From the NCBI GenBank assembly GCA_028706295.1, contig JAQWBQ010000003.1, forward strand, positions 34,441 through 98,440: a DNA stretch of 64,000 nucleotides, in the 5' to 3' direction. The position numbers were made by a program, and so were the translations under genes. The notes under the pieces were generated by a model. That model was not told where the DNA came from and made no database searches. It saw only the letters and a list, made by a program, of their open reading frames with translations. Within the stretch, counting starts at the first letter, position 1. Each line of letters begins with the position of its first letter. Below, one piece after another: positions 44,875 to 55,359 of the stretch. This stretch comes from Bacteroidales bacterium (lineage in GTDB: Bacteria; Bacteroidota; Bacteroidia; Bacteroidales; FEN-979).

Positions 44875-47226
44875 TTACGGGTTCCAGCCTGCAGGTTTGG
44901 GGCCCATGAGAAACTTCAACGTTCCGCCATCCGATAATTCCCGGTGATCGAGGAATGGCCGGTCCAGCTTTTTCCCGTTAAAGGTCGCCTTTTCAATGTA
45001 AAGATTCATTTCACTTAAATTGGTTGCCTCAATTTCTAATTTTTTACCGTTGGGAAGCATGATAGTAGCTGCCTGTAGGCATGGACTTCCGATGGCATAG
45101 CTGGTACTTCCCGGGCATACCGGATAGAAACCCAGGACGCTGAAAAGGTACCAGGCGCTCATCTGCCCACAGTCATCATTGCCGCATAACCCATCCGGTT
45201 TATTCCGATACATGGTGTTGACAATTTGATGGATACGTTCCTGTGTTTTCCAGGGTTTTGATGTCCAGTCGTAAAGATATGCAATATGATGACTGGGTTC
45301 ATTGCCATGAACGTAATTTCCGATCAGTCCCGATCGGGTCACATCCTCGGTTTCGGCAAAAAATTTATCATCCAGATGCATGGTAAAAAGAGAATCCAAA
45401 CGGCGGATGAACACCTCTTCGCCCCCCAGCATTCCGATATAGTTTCGAATATCGTGTGGAACATAAAACGAATAGTTCCATGAATTGCCTTCGATAAAAC
45501 CCTGACCGTGGGTGCTGAGCGGATCGAATGGCTTTTTCCAGGATCCGTCGGAAAACCTGGCCCGGATAAATCCGGTGCTCCGATCGAAAATATTCCGGTA
45601 ATTCTCCGATCGCCGGGTGAATGTAAAAACCTTTTCAGCCGCGCTTTTTCTTAGTGCCGGATCGAGGCTCAAATCAGCCTCCACAGCCTTTGCAAACTGG
45701 GCAATTGTGTAATCATCATAGGCATATTCGAGGGTCACAGAAGCCGAATTGTTTCCTTTGTCTTCAGGCAGATATCCGTACCTGATATAATCAGAAATCC
45801 CATCATACAGCGGGTTTTCGGCAGTCTGCACACAGGCATTCAGTGCTTTTCCCGCATCGAAACCCCGGATCCCTTTAAGGTAAGCGTCGGCAATGACAGG
45901 GACTGCATGATATCCGATCATGCACCAGTTTTCATTACCGTGATGTGACCATACCGGCAGCATTTTTTCAGGACTTTGCTCAAAATGAGCAAGCATGGAG
46001 TTAACCATATCGGAAGTTTCACCCGGGTAAAGCAGGGTGAGAAAGGGATGAAGCGCGCGGTAGGTGTCCCATAATGAAAATACCGAGTAATTGGTAAACC
46101 CGTTGGAGCGATGGATTTCCTGATCGATGCCACGATAACGGTGGTCCACATCCTCGAAGATAACCGGAGAGAGCAACGCATGATAAAATGCAGTGTAGAA
46201 ATTAACTTTCAGGTCGTCAGTCCCCTTAATCCTGATTCTGCCAAGTTCTTTCTCCCATGCAGCAGTGGCATTAGCACGAGATTGTTCAAAATTCCAGCCG
46301 GGAATTTCTGCCCTGAGGTTATTCAGCGCCCCTTCCATGCTCACTGATGACAGTCCGACTTTGATCAGGATTTTCTCTCCGGCTTCGGTTCTGAAATTGA
46401 AGTAAAGTTTAATTTTTTTTCCTGCAATCTCCGGAAAATTCTGGTAAAGGTTGAACCGGCGCCAGAAGCCTCGATAGGGAGGTTTATCTGCGTTGACATA
46501 TCCATAACTTTCGATAGGTTTGGAAAGAACCATCGCGAAATAGAGGTACCTGGTCCGGGCCCAGCCACTGGTTAACCGGAATCCCTGGATCAGGGTATCG
46601 TTAACAATCCGTGCCGACGACCATAAAGTCTTCCCTTCATAGTTATAAATGCCATGAACCAGGTCAAGAATGATGTGGGCGCTGTCGCTTTCCGGAAAGG
46701 TGTATTGATGGAATCCGGTACGTGTCGTTGCGGTGAATTCAGCCTGCACCCGGGGATCATCCAGGAATACTTTATAGTACCCCGGGAAGGCGATTTCGGT
46801 CTCTTTTCGAAAAGATGAACGGTAGCCCGATTCGGGATGATCGGCAGTTCCGGGATTCAATTGCAGCGGGCCGGTTGATGGCATGATCAGAAAATCACCA
46901 AGGTCGGAATGACCGGTACCATTGAAATGGGTATGTGAAAATCCGACAATTGTTTTATCAAGGTACTGGTAACCGGCGCAGTAGCGATAAACCTCCGGAT
47001 TGTACTTCCCATCTTTTTCATAAGGGATGGTGTCGGTATCGGGACTTAATTGTACAAATCCGAATGGAACACTCACCCCCGGATAAGTATGTCCCATCTC
47101 CCGGGTGCCAATAAAAGGGTTAACATACTTTATCAGGGATTCGGCCTGTTGAATATTCTGGGCCGGAATCGCATAGTTCATGAGGGCCGGGATCAGGAAC
47201 AATAAGAATCTTTTCATAGAATACAT
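44875..47226 (-). CDS. GH92 family alpha-mannosidase
   Basis: YVNPFIGT...GHTYPGVSVPFGFVQLSPDT is the hallmark GH92 N-terminal region. 783 aa with a signal peptide. An alternative start is ATG 47217 (MKRFLLFL). Confidence 0.75.
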   Translation of the reverse strand: MYSMKRFLLFLIPALMNYAIPAQNIQQAESLIKYVNPFIGTREMGHTYPGVSVPFGFVQLSPDTDTIPYEKDGKYNPEVYRYCAGYQYLDKTIVGFSHTHFNGTGHSDLGDFLIMPSTGPLQLNPGTADHPESGYRSSFRKETEIAFPGYYKVFLDDPRVQAEFTATTRTGFHQYTFPESDSAHIILDLVHGIYNYEGKTLWSSARIVNDTLIQGFRLTSGWARTRYLYFAMVLSKPIESYGYVNADKPPYRGFWRRFNLYQNFPEIAGKKIKLYFNFRTEAGEKILIKVGLSSVSMEGALNNLRAEIPGWNFEQSRANATAAWEKELGRIRIKGTDDLKVNFYTAFYHALLSPVIFEDVDHRYRGIDQEIHRSNGFTNYSVFSLWDTYRALHPFLTLLYPGETSDMVNSMLAHFEQSPEKMLPVWSHHGNENWCMIGYHAVPVIADAYLKGIRGFDAGKALNACVQTAENPLYDGISDYIRYGYLPEDKGNNSASVTLEYAYDDYTIAQFAKAVEADLSLDPALRKSAAEKVFTFTRRSENYRNIFDRSTGFIRARFSDGSWKKPFDPLSTHGQGFIEGNSWNYSFYVPHDIRNYIGMLGGEEVFIRRLDSLFTMHLDDKFFAETEDVTRSGLIGNYVHGNEPSHHIAYLYDWTSKPWKTQERIHQIVNTMYRNKPDGLCGNDDCGQMSAWYLFSVLGFYPVCPGSTSYAIGSPCLQAATIMLPNGKKLEIEATNLSEMNLYIEKATFNGKKLDRPFLDHRELSDGGTLKFLMGPKPAGWNP

Positions 47227-47260
47227 ATGTCGTTTCCGGAACGATTAGCAGTGCTCCCGG

Positions 47261-47827
47261 TTACATCAGTATCAGGAACAATGCAGGGAGCAGGATGCCA
47301 ATTGCAGTCAGCCAGGCACCCCTGCCTATGATTCCGTTTTTCCCGCGGATCACGAATAACCCCGTGATGGCTAAAATTATCAACCCTGCTGCATAAATAT
47401 CTGAAAACCAGGTATAAAACTTTTTCAGATTGTTATAATGCAGGAGGTTGAATTCCTTAATGATGTAACGGGTAGTCTTTTTTTCTAATTGCGCTTCACC
47501 CGACCGGGTGTCGATATAGAGGGATCCGTTTTTAAGAAATATCTGTACATAACCTTCGCCCGGCACATGGCTTTTATAATTGCCGCGGGAATCCACCCGG
47601 TCAAGGACGGAAAAAACATACTGTTGATCAACGTTTCCGTTCTTTGGTAAAGGCACTGTGAGGTTGGTAAACGATTTACTGTAATCGGGATGTTGGAAAT
47701 CACCCGCCTTAAAGTGATTAAGAACGATTCCGGAAATAGCATAAATCAGCGTCATTCCCACGCATAAATAACCGATATCACGGTGTAACGCGTTATTCCA
47801 CCGCCTCAGAGTTTTTCGCCGGATCAT
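47261..47827 (-). CDS. PepSY-associated TM helix family membrane protein
   Basis: RRWNNALHRDIGYLCVGMTLIYAISGIVLNH is the typical N-terminal motif, and there is a second TM helix near the C-terminus. The start overlaps the upstream stop (TAATG). Confidence 0.6.
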   Translation of the reverse strand: MIRRKTLRRWNNALHRDIGYLCVGMTLIYAISGIVLNHFKAGDFQHPDYSKSFTNLTVPLPKNGNVDQQYVFSVLDRVDSRGNYKSHVPGEGYVQIFLKNGSLYIDTRSGEAQLEKKTTRYIIKEFNLLHYNNLKKFYTWFSDIYAAGLIILAITGLFVIRGKNGIIGRGAWLTAIGILLPALFLILM

Positions 47828-48378
47828 TATTTCAGTATGGTAAAAGAGATTCCTTCGACCGAGAAGAAAGAAAGGTGATCCTTACCGCTGTTTTTAAGTT
47901 CTTCGCGAAGCGCCTTGATCTGGTCAAGCTTTTCCTGCATACCCTGGTCTTCATGACCTTTCGCTCCGGTATGAATTCCTACCTGATGATTTTCCTCAGG
48001 TTTCTTTACCTCAGCCTCCCACTCATTCAGGTATTTGGTATCGATACGCTCCTCCTTCAGGGTTCCGAAAATACGAACCCTGCTTCCGATAAGACTTTCA
48101 TCAAATTTTGCAATTGTCGGCCCCGCGGTAATTTCTACCCTGATACTGTCGGTACCGTCGACCAGGAACATTCTTTTTCCGCCGTGTTTACAGGTGTGCA
48201 AAACAGTTCCCTCGATAAATACCGGCTTATCAATCAACGAATCAGCCTGTTTTTCGAAATTAAGAACCGTGATAAGGGTCGTGTCGGCTTTTACTGCAAC
48301 CTCTTCTTTTGTTCCACTGTTACAGGAAGCAAGGATGATCATCATGAGGATGATAAAGGGAAGAACTTTGTTTGTCAT
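47827..48378 (-). CDS. Hypothetical lipoprotein (possible OB-fold)
   Basis: Lipobox ILASCNS. The beta-rich core (VFIEGTVLHTCKHGGKRMFLVDGTDSIRVEI..RVRIFGTLKEE) is followed by a His/acidic-rich tail. The long ORF on the opposite strand (47875..48420) has junk composition. Confidence 0.5.
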   Translation of the reverse strand: MTNKVLPFIILMMIILASCNSGTKEEVAVKADTTLITVLNFEKQADSLIDKPVFIEGTVLHTCKHGGKRMFLVDGTDSIRVEITAGPTIAKFDESLIGSRVRIFGTLKEERIDTKYLNEWEAEVKKPEENHQVGIHTGAKGHEDQGMQEKLDQIKALREELKNSGKDHLSFFSVEGISFTILK

Positions 48379-48512
48379 TTTGTTTTTTTGACAAAGATCG
48401 GACTTTTTTCCATACAGTAAAACTTCGCCGGGTCACCGGATCTGTGCCGCGCAATAATAAACTTTTGCCCGAAACCGTTGTCCGCAAGGTTTATTTGCTT
48501 AATATTGTTCAT

Positions 48513-49721
48513 ATGAAGATGGTGAAAATCGAAACCTCGATGACGCTCCTCGTCATTTTTTTTTCCTTTCTGACACCCGTCATCAACGCCCAAAAAATTC
48601 CCGATTTTAATCGGGCCGACAAGGTGGCGAAATCGGTTCCCGATTCTGTTACCCTGACTATCGGTCGGCTCTCAGAATATTTTTCGGACCGGCTTCAGAA
48701 TAAAGCTGAACTGATCAGAGCTTTCTATTTCTGGATCTCCAACAATATCCGGTATGATGTTGCCAACATGTATTCATACAAACCGGTTGAAAACCCTGCC
48801 ACGCTGATTGTCCAGACACTGGAAAGCCGCGCTGCGGTTTGTCAGGGTTATTCTGCGCTGTTCGGGGAGTTGTGCCGTAATGCCGGGATAACCTGTTATA
48901 TCGTATTAGGTTATACCCGTCAAAACGGCGTTGTAAGGAACATGAATCACACCTGGATCCTGGCAAAAACAGATTCCTCCTGGACTTTTTACGATCCTAC
49001 CTGGGGCGCAGGATTTCTTCAGGAACAAACGTTCATAAAAAGATTCACCAATGAATATTTCATGGTGAAACCAGAACAAATGATTAAAAGCCATATGCCT
49101 TTTGACCCCATCTGGCAATGTTTACATTACCCGGTCACGCCGGAACAGTTCCAAAATCAAACAACATCAGGGAAGCGGGAACATCCCTATTTTAATTATA
49201 ATGACAGTATAAAGGTCTATAACAGTCTGACAAAACCCGAACAATATGCTGCAGCCCTCAGAAGAATAGAGATGAATGGGAGTATCAACGAATGTATCTC
49301 TGAATACATACGGTATCTGAAACAAAATATCGATATTGAGCGAATCAACAGGGATATCAGCGATAAAAATGAGATGATTTATCAATATAATATGGCTGTT
49401 TATAATTACAACGCCGGGGCCACCCTTTTCAACGAATATGTTTCGTATCTCAACAAACAATTCAGGCCCCTTCACTCCGACCACGAAATTCGCCGGATGC
49501 TCGATACCTGTGAAACAATGGTAAGGCATAGTAAGCTCATAATCAGTCAGCTCGATTTTGAAGATGAATCGATGAAGCGTGGGCTAAAATCATTGAACCA
49601 AACGGTTGACATCCTCCTGAAAAGAATTGATGAACAGCAGGTCTTCCTGCGTGAATATCTCGCAACTCCGAAAGATGACCGGAATGCGGTAATTGGAAGG
49701 TTTAAATGGGAATATCAATAA
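48513..49721 (+). CDS. Secreted transglutaminase-like (papain-fold Cys-His-Asp) protein with helical C-terminal domain
   Basis: Signal peptide MKMVKIETSMTLLVIFFSFLTPVINAQ at ATG 48513. Core motifs: AAVCQGYSALFGELCRNAGI (Cys), NHTWILAK (His), FYDPTWG (Asp). Confidence 0.7.
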   Translation: MKMVKIETSMTLLVIFFSFLTPVINAQKIPDFNRADKVAKSVPDSVTLTIGRLSEYFSDRLQNKAELIRAFYFWISNNIRYDVANMYSYKPVENPATLIVQTLESRAAVCQGYSALFGELCRNAGITCYIVLGYTRQNGVVRNMNHTWILAKTDSSWTFYDPTWGAGFLQEQTFIKRFTNEYFMVKPEQMIKSHMPFDPIWQCLHYPVTPEQFQNQTTSGKREHPYFNYNDSIKVYNSLTKPEQYAAALRRIEMNGSINECISEYIRYLKQNIDIERINRDISDKNEMIYQYNMAVYNYNAGATLFNEYVSYLNKQFRPLHSDHEIRRMLDTCETMVRHSKLIISQLDFEDESMKRGLKSLNQTVDILLKRIDEQQVFLREYLATPKDDRNAVIGRFKWEYQ

Positions 49722-49772
49722 TTTTTCCTGAATATCGGATCCATTTGACTATTGTAATCAAAACAGGTACAA

Positions 49773-52700
49773 ATGAAAAAGTTACATCTAACCCTTTTAA
49801 TCATAGCGTCAGTACTGGTTATTTCACTTTCAGTGACGCTGGCCTTGCTGAAACCTGTCGCCGGTACCTTTGTCAGGGTTAATCCGGCGTTTGGTCAATA
49901 TGTCCAGGCATACACATCAGGAATAATATCCGGCAGGGCAGTTATAAAAGTCCGACTAACCGATGATTTTGCGGATACAGCCACTTTTCACATACCCCTT
50001 AAAGAGAAGTTAATGGCATTCAAGCCCTCCATTTCGGGGAAAATTTACTGGAGTGACAGCCGTACCCTGGAATTTCTGCCCGATGAGCCACTGCCCCAGG
50101 GGAGTACCTACCGTGCTGAATTTTACCTTTCTAAAATTCTACCGGTTCCTGATTCTCTGCAAACCATGATTTTTGACTTTCGGGTAATGGACCAGGTAAT
50201 TTCTGTTGGGATCGACAATCATAAACCCTATCACAACGCTGACCGGAGTCGTGAATTTCTTACAGGGATCCTAATGACAAGCGATCTCGCCGAAAACCAT
50301 CTTATCGAAACGGTGCTTGAAGTAAAACAGGGAGGGAAGAAATTGCCGGTCTCATGGACACATAACGAAAGCAATAAAATTCATCAATTTAAGGTCGATT
50401 CCTTAATCAGAGAAAATAAAGCCGGATCGTTAAAAGTGTCTTGGAACGGATCATCAATCGGTTCTGAATCGGAAGGATCTGTTGAAGTGGAAATTCCGGC
50501 TCTGGGTGATTTTAAAATGATGGGAATCCAGAGTGTGGAGAACACGCAGCAAACACTTAAGATCAGGTTTTCCGATCCGTTGAACCGGGAACAGAACCTC
50601 GAGGGATTGTTCCGTGTCGGAAAATATTCTGATTTGCGTTATTCAGTGGAGGACAATATTTTATGGATTTATCTTCCCGAAACAAATGATACGAAAGTCC
50701 GCCTTATTCTGGAACCAACAATTAAAAACTTTGATCAAAAACTGTTAGGAAAGGAAATCGTATCAGAAGTTATCCTGGAAAGCGTGAAACCGGGTATACG
50801 ATTCATCGGTGATGGAACCATTATGCCCAGTTCCAACGGAATGTTGCTTCCCTTCGAGGCAGTCAATCTAAAGGCTGTTGATATTAAGATAATCGAAATA
50901 TTTGAAAAAAATATCCTTCAGTTCCTACAGATTAATGAGCCTGGTACAAACAGTGAACTGGCCCGGGTGGGCAGAATTGTACTGAAGAAGACAATGCCCC
51001 TGAACGGGGTCACCGATTACAGTAAATGGAACAGATTCTCGATAGATCTGAGTAATTTCCTGAAGACTACACCTGGAGCGATCTACTCGGTTATTCTGGG
51101 TTTCAGGGAAGGATATTCGACCTATCCATGCAGCGATTCAACGGTATCGGACCGCTATCCTGAGAACCTTGTTACGATTGCCGATACCAGAAAAGAAAAT
51201 GAAAAGGACTGGGGGTATTACAGTAATTATTATGACGATGACTATGCCGATGGCGGATGGAGAAATTACCGATGGGAAGAACGGGAAAACCCCTGCAGGC
51301 CTTCCTATTATTTTAACCGTACCATCAGCAGGAATGTAATAGCTTCGGATATCGGAATTATTGCAAAAGCAACCGATGATGGCAGGTATCATATTTTCAT
51401 TACAGATCTCCTCAGTACCAAACCCTTGTCGGCTGTCGAAACTGAATTCTTTAATTTTCAGCTTCAATCGCTTGGAAAGATCAAAACTGACGGTAAAGGG
51501 ATGGCAGTCATTACCCTGAAACAGAAACCATTCGTTTTAGTCGCAAAGCAGGGCAGGCAAACCGGTTATTTAAAACTGACTGATGGGAATACATTGTCGT
51601 TGAGCATGTTCGATGTGCAGGGGGAGCCCGTTCAAAAAGGGATCAAAGGATTTATTTATGGTGAACGCGGGGTATGGAGGCCGGGCGATTCCATATACCT
51701 TACTTTCATTCTGGAAGATAAAAATCACAATTTACCGGCTGACCATCCAATCGGGTTCTCCCTGATAAACCCTTCAGGACAATTGATGAACCGAATGGTG
51801 AAAACCCGGTCGTTGAATGGTTTTTACAACTTCAGTGTTGCGACTTCACCCGATGCGCCGACTGGAAACTGGCTTGCCCGGGTTAACGCAGGAGGGCTGG
51901 AGTTTCAGAAAACTTTAAAGATCGAAACCATAAAGCCGAACCGGTTGAAGATCCATTTTGATTTTTCAACGGATTATCTTATTAAAGATCAGATCAGACC
52001 GGCAATCCTGAAAGCAGAATGGCTGACAGGGATGAACGCAGGCAATTTAAAGGCAAAGGTGATGCTCACCCTGACCAAATCGGTTACTTTCTTTAAAAAA
52101 TATCCGGATTATATGTTCGACAATCCTGCTTCAGGATTTGCTGCCGAAAATGTCACCGTTTTTGATGGGAATCTGGATCAAGATGGGAAGACCCTGATCA
52201 CACCGAAGATCCAGTTAAAAGGTATCGCACCCGGAGCCCTGCGCGCTTCTTTTGAAACCATGGTCTTCGAAGAGGGAGGCGATTTCAGTGTCGATCGTTT
52301 TACCATTCCCTTTTATCCCTATCAGACGTATGCCGGACTCCGGGTTCCCGCTAACAATACTGAACGCAACCTGCTGACAGATAAAGAGTACACAATTCAA
52401 CTGATCAATGTCACCGCGCGGGGTGAAGAGGTTCCTGCAGGTCAATTGAAACTTGAACTTTACAAATTGGAATGGCGTTGGTGGTGGGATAATACCGAAG
52501 AGGGAGCAGCCAATTTCATATCGACCGATTATCTTAAACCCTCGAATGTGGAACTGATTCCTGTGGTTCAGGGTAAGGCGGCATATACCTTAAGGATCGG
52601 GTACGATGATTGGGGACGGTACCTGATAAAAGTCACGGATATGAAGTCGGGACATTCAGCGGGGAAAGTCGTATACATTGACTGGCCCGGCTATTTCAGA

Positions 52701-55343
52701 ATGCCGGGTGGTGAAAAACAGGCTGCTTCAATGATCACCCTGACAACGGAAAAAAGCAAATACAGGCCCGGTGAGAAAGTAAAACTTATCATTCCTTCGA
52801 CTCCTGAAGGGAAAGCGCTGATAACGATTGAGACGGGTTCAAAGATACTGCAGTCATTCTGGACTACCACCCACCGGGGATCGACTTCTGTTGATTTTCA
52901 GGCGGCCGAAGATATGGTTCCCAACTGTTATGCCAGCGTCACCCTCATTCAGCCGCATGCCCAGACAAAAAATGATTTACCGGTCAGGCTTTACGGTGTC
53001 GTGCCGGTATTTGTCGAAAATCCTGAAACACATATCAAACCGGTAATCACGATGCCAACGGGATGGGCCCCCGGCAAGGAGATCACCATTGGAGTGAGGG
53101 AATCGTCGGGAGAGGCGATGACATACACCATGGCCATAGTGGACGAAGGGCTACTGGATCTGACACGTTTTAAAACACCCGATCCTTGGAACGTTTTTTA
53201 TGCACGCGAAGCGCTGGGCGTGAAAACGTGGGATCTGTATGACCAGGTTATGGGCGCCTTTACAGGAGAGTTACAGCGGATTCTTAGTATTGGCGGGGAT
53301 CAGGAGAATGAGATCAGAGGCAGTTTAAAGGCCAACCGGTTTAAACCCATGGTGCGATTTTTCGGCCCGTTCGAATTAAAAAAAGGACAACAGCGATCAA
53401 CTACTTTCCGGATGCCGGAGTATATAGGCTCTGTAAGGGTTATGGTGGTCGGAGGCCAGAATGGCAATTATGGAAAAGAGGAGAAAACTGCGACTGTAAA
53501 AAAACCGCTCATGGTTTTGGGAACCCTTCCCAGAGTTCTTGGCCCCGGGGAGAAAGTCCGACTTCCAGTAACCGTGTTTGCTATGGAACGATCTGTGAAG
53601 AATGTCAGGATTGAGGTCTCCGTTAACGATTATTTCACTATCGCTGGTAGTTCTGCAAAACAACTGGTGTTTCAAAATACAGGAGATCAAATTGTTACCT
53701 TTGATCTGAATGTCAAACAACGTATAGGAACCGGAAAAATACAGATCATTGCTTACAGTGGTGGTGAAAAAGCTGAACACACCATCGAAATTGATGTACG
53801 AAATCCCAATCCACTTGTCACCAATATCGATGAAAAAGCGCTTCAACCCGGAGCGTCCTGGGTCTACACCGTCATGCCTGTCGGAATGGCCGGGACCAAC
53901 CGTGGGACCCTTGAGCTTGCATCCATACCATCACTGAATATAGAAAGCAGGTTAAACAGTCTGATTTTGTACCCCTTTGGATGCCTGGAACAAATCACTT
54001 CAATGGCATTTCCGCAATTATACCTGCAGGATGTCGTCGAAATTTCCGATCATTCGAAAGCAGAAATAACACAAAATATTACCCGAACTATTCAAAGGAT
54101 GAAATCTTTTCAGGTTGGTTCAGGCGGAATGGGCCTTTGGCCGGGTGCAGCCTACGCCGATGATTGGGCCACCAGTTACGCGGGACATTTCATGCTGGAG
54201 GCTGAACAAAAAGGATATTCGGTGCCGGTGAACCTGGTAAGTTCCTGGAAGGAGTTTCAGCGTCAAAAGGCTATTTCGTGGAGTTTTAATGAAGGATTCT
54301 TCAACAATGACCTGGCACAGGCGTACCGGTTATTTACCCTGGCTCTTGCGAGAGTGCCGGAACTTGGGGCGATGAACCGTTTAATGGAGCGAAAAAACAT
54401 CTCGGTGGCCGCCCGATGGCAGCTTGCCGCTGCCTATCACCTCGCCGGCCGGGATGAAGTGGCCCGTCAGTTGATAGGAACAGTTACCCCTGCAATCCGG
54501 CCTTATCAGGAAATGTCAAACACCTATGGTTCCGATCTTCGTGACAAAGCCATTATGGCCGAGACACTGTCGGGATTGAAAATGAAAACCCGCGCGGCTC
54601 TGCTGATCCGGGAGCTTTCTGCCGCTCTTGCTGGAACTAACTGGTACTCGACCCAGACTACCTCTTTTGCACTGGTCGCGATAATGAAATATTCTATAGG
54701 ATCATCGGGCAGTGGAATCAGCGCCTCCATCAAACAAAACAATAATCCGGAAGAAAAAGTGACTTCAAAAAAGGAACTCATTTCCAGAAAAATGAATTCC
54801 ACGATAAACATGAACGACAAGATTAAAGTCACTAATTCAGGGAAAAACACGCTTTTTTCCAGATTGATTTTATCGGGAATACAGCCATTCGGGGGTCAAT
54901 CGGCGGCAGCCAATGATCTGAAGTTGCAGATTGATACCAAGAATCTCAAAGGAGATCGGATTCGCGTTGACGCCCTGCCTCAGGGTACGAATTTCGTTGT
55001 TGAAATAAAGGTGACACATCCGGGTATGAGAAGCGCGTACCAGCAACTGGCGCTTTCGTTCAGGATGCCCTCGGGATGGGAAGTTATCAATTCGCGTAAC
55101 AGTGAATTTGCCGAAGCGCTGACCAATTCCGGTACTTTTACGTATCAGGACTTCCGCGACGACCGTGTGAACCTGTTTTTTGATCTGGAACCAATGCAGA
55201 CGAAAACCTTTAGAATTCTGGTAATAACAGCTTATTGCGGAAGGTTTTACCTTCCCGCTACAACCTGTGAAGCAATGTACGACCAAAGTATCAATGCACG
55301 GGTTCCCGGAAGGTGGATTGAGGTTGCTGCAGCTCAGAAGTGA
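49773..55343 (+). CDS. Bacterial alpha-2-macroglobulin family protein (thioester-containing)
   Basis: 1856 aa with repeated MG-type beta-sandwich segments. It carries the thioester motif GCLEQ (LYPFGCLEQITSMAFPQ) followed by an alpha/alpha-toroid TED-like region. The N-terminal hydrophobic anchor has no lipobox Cys. pbpC follows directly. Confidence 0.85.
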   Translation: MKKLHLTLLIIASVLVISLSVTLALLKPVAGTFVRVNPAFGQYVQAYTSGIISGRAVIKVRLTDDFADTATFHIPLKEKLMAFKPSISGKIYWSDSRTLEFLPDEPLPQGSTYRAEFYLSKILPVPDSLQTMIFDFRVMDQVISVGIDNHKPYHNADRSREFLTGILMTSDLAENHLIETVLEVKQGGKKLPVSWTHNESNKIHQFKVDSLIRENKAGSLKVSWNGSSIGSESEGSVEVEIPALGDFKMMGIQSVENTQQTLKIRFSDPLNREQNLEGLFRVGKYSDLRYSVEDNILWIYLPETNDTKVRLILEPTIKNFDQKLLGKEIVSEVILESVKPGIRFIGDGTIMPSSNGMLLPFEAVNLKAVDIKIIEIFEKNILQFLQINEPGTNSELARVGRIVLKKTMPLNGVTDYSKWNRFSIDLSNFLKTTPGAIYSVILGFREGYSTYPCSDSTVSDRYPENLVTIADTRKENEKDWGYYSNYYDDDYADGGWRNYRWEERENPCRPSYYFNRTISRNVIASDIGIIAKATDDGRYHIFITDLLSTKPLSAVETEFFNFQLQSLGKIKTDGKGMAVITLKQKPFVLVAKQGRQTGYLKLTDGNTLSLSMFDVQGEPVQKGIKGFIYGERGVWRPGDSIYLTFILEDKNHNLPADHPIGFSLINPSGQLMNRMVKTRSLNGFYNFSVATSPDAPTGNWLARVNAGGLEFQKTLKIETIKPNRLKIHFDFSTDYLIKDQIRPAILKAEWLTGMNAGNLKAKVMLTLTKSVTFFKKYPDYMFDNPASGFAAENVTVFDGNLDQDGKTLITPKIQLKGIAPGALRASFETMVFEEGGDFSVDRFTIPFYPYQTYAGLRVPANNTERNLLTDKEYTIQLINVTARGEEVPAGQLKLELYKLEWRWWWDNTEEGAANFISTDYLKPSNVELIPVVQGKAAYTLRIGYDDWGRYLIKVTDMKSGHSAGKVVYIDWPGYFRMPGGEKQAASMITLTTEKSKYRPGEKVKLIIPSTPEGKALITIETGSKILQSFWTTTHRGSTSVDFQAAEDMVPNCYASVTLIQPHAQTKNDLPVRLYGVVPVFVENPETHIKPVITMPTGWAPGKEITIGVRESSGEAMTYTMAIVDEGLLDLTRFKTPDPWNVFYAREALGVKTWDLYDQVMGAFTGELQRILSIGGDQENEIRGSLKANRFKPMVRFFGPFELKKGQQRSTTFRMPEYIGSVRVMVVGGQNGNYGKEEKTATVKKPLMVLGTLPRVLGPGEKVRLPVTVFAMERSVKNVRIEVSVNDYFTIAGSSAKQLVFQNTGDQIVTFDLNVKQRIGTGKIQIIAYSGGEKAEHTIEIDVRNPNPLVTNIDEKALQPGASWVYTVMPVGMAGTNRGTLELASIPSLNIESRLNSLILYPFGCLEQITSMAFPQLYLQDVVEISDHSKAEITQNITRTIQRMKSFQVGSGGMGLWPGAAYADDWATSYAGHFMLEAEQKGYSVPVNLVSSWKEFQRQKAISWSFNEGFFNNDLAQAYRLFTLALARVPELGAMNRLMERKNISVAARWQLAAAYHLAGRDEVARQLIGTVTPAIRPYQEMSNTYGSDLRDKAIMAETLSGLKMKTRAALLIRELSAALAGTNWYSTQTTSFALVAIMKYSIGSSGSGISASIKQNNNPEEKVTSKKELISRKMNSTINMNDKIKVTNSGKNTLFSRLILSGIQPFGGQSAAANDLKLQIDTKNLKGDRIRVDALPQGTNFVVEIKVTHPGMRSAYQQLALSFRMPSGWEVINSRNSEFAEALTNSGTFTYQDFRDDRVNLFFDLEPMQTKTFRILVITAYCGRFYLPATTCEAMYDQSINARVPGRWIEVAAAQK

Positions 55344-55359
55344 CCGAACCCGCTGCTTC

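Noticed and set aside
21676-47226. A polysaccharide utilisation locus interpretation for the GH27, GH2, GH53 and GH92 genes.
   Set aside because: The hydrolase genes are scattered, on different strands, and interspersed with unrelated housekeeping genes. No SusC-like TonB-dependent transporter, SusD-like protein or hybrid two-component regulator is present.
47875-48420. A 181-aa plus-strand ORF (plus a 118-aa ORF at 48035..48391) overlapping the lipoprotein gene.
   Set aside because: The minus-strand product has a proper lipobox signal peptide and balanced composition. The plus-strand translations are Phe/Leu/Arg-rich junk.
55267-55359. The ORF-track start of pbpC at 55267, overlapping the last 77 nt of the A2M gene. 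Similar long N-terminal extensions occur at 6406 (acpS), 16128 (pat), 23979 (GH27), 28950 (decarboxylase), 32013 (GH53), 34164 (cysS), 35697 (M2 peptidase), 38520 (WG protein), 42923 (SPFH), 48372 (transglutaminase-like) and 14004 (T9SS protein).
   Set aside because: Most extensions begin at TTG or GTG and encode non-conserved residues ahead of an internal ATG. That ATG gives a canonical family N-terminus, signal peptide or lipobox, and in three cases a -7 promoter box lies inside the extension.
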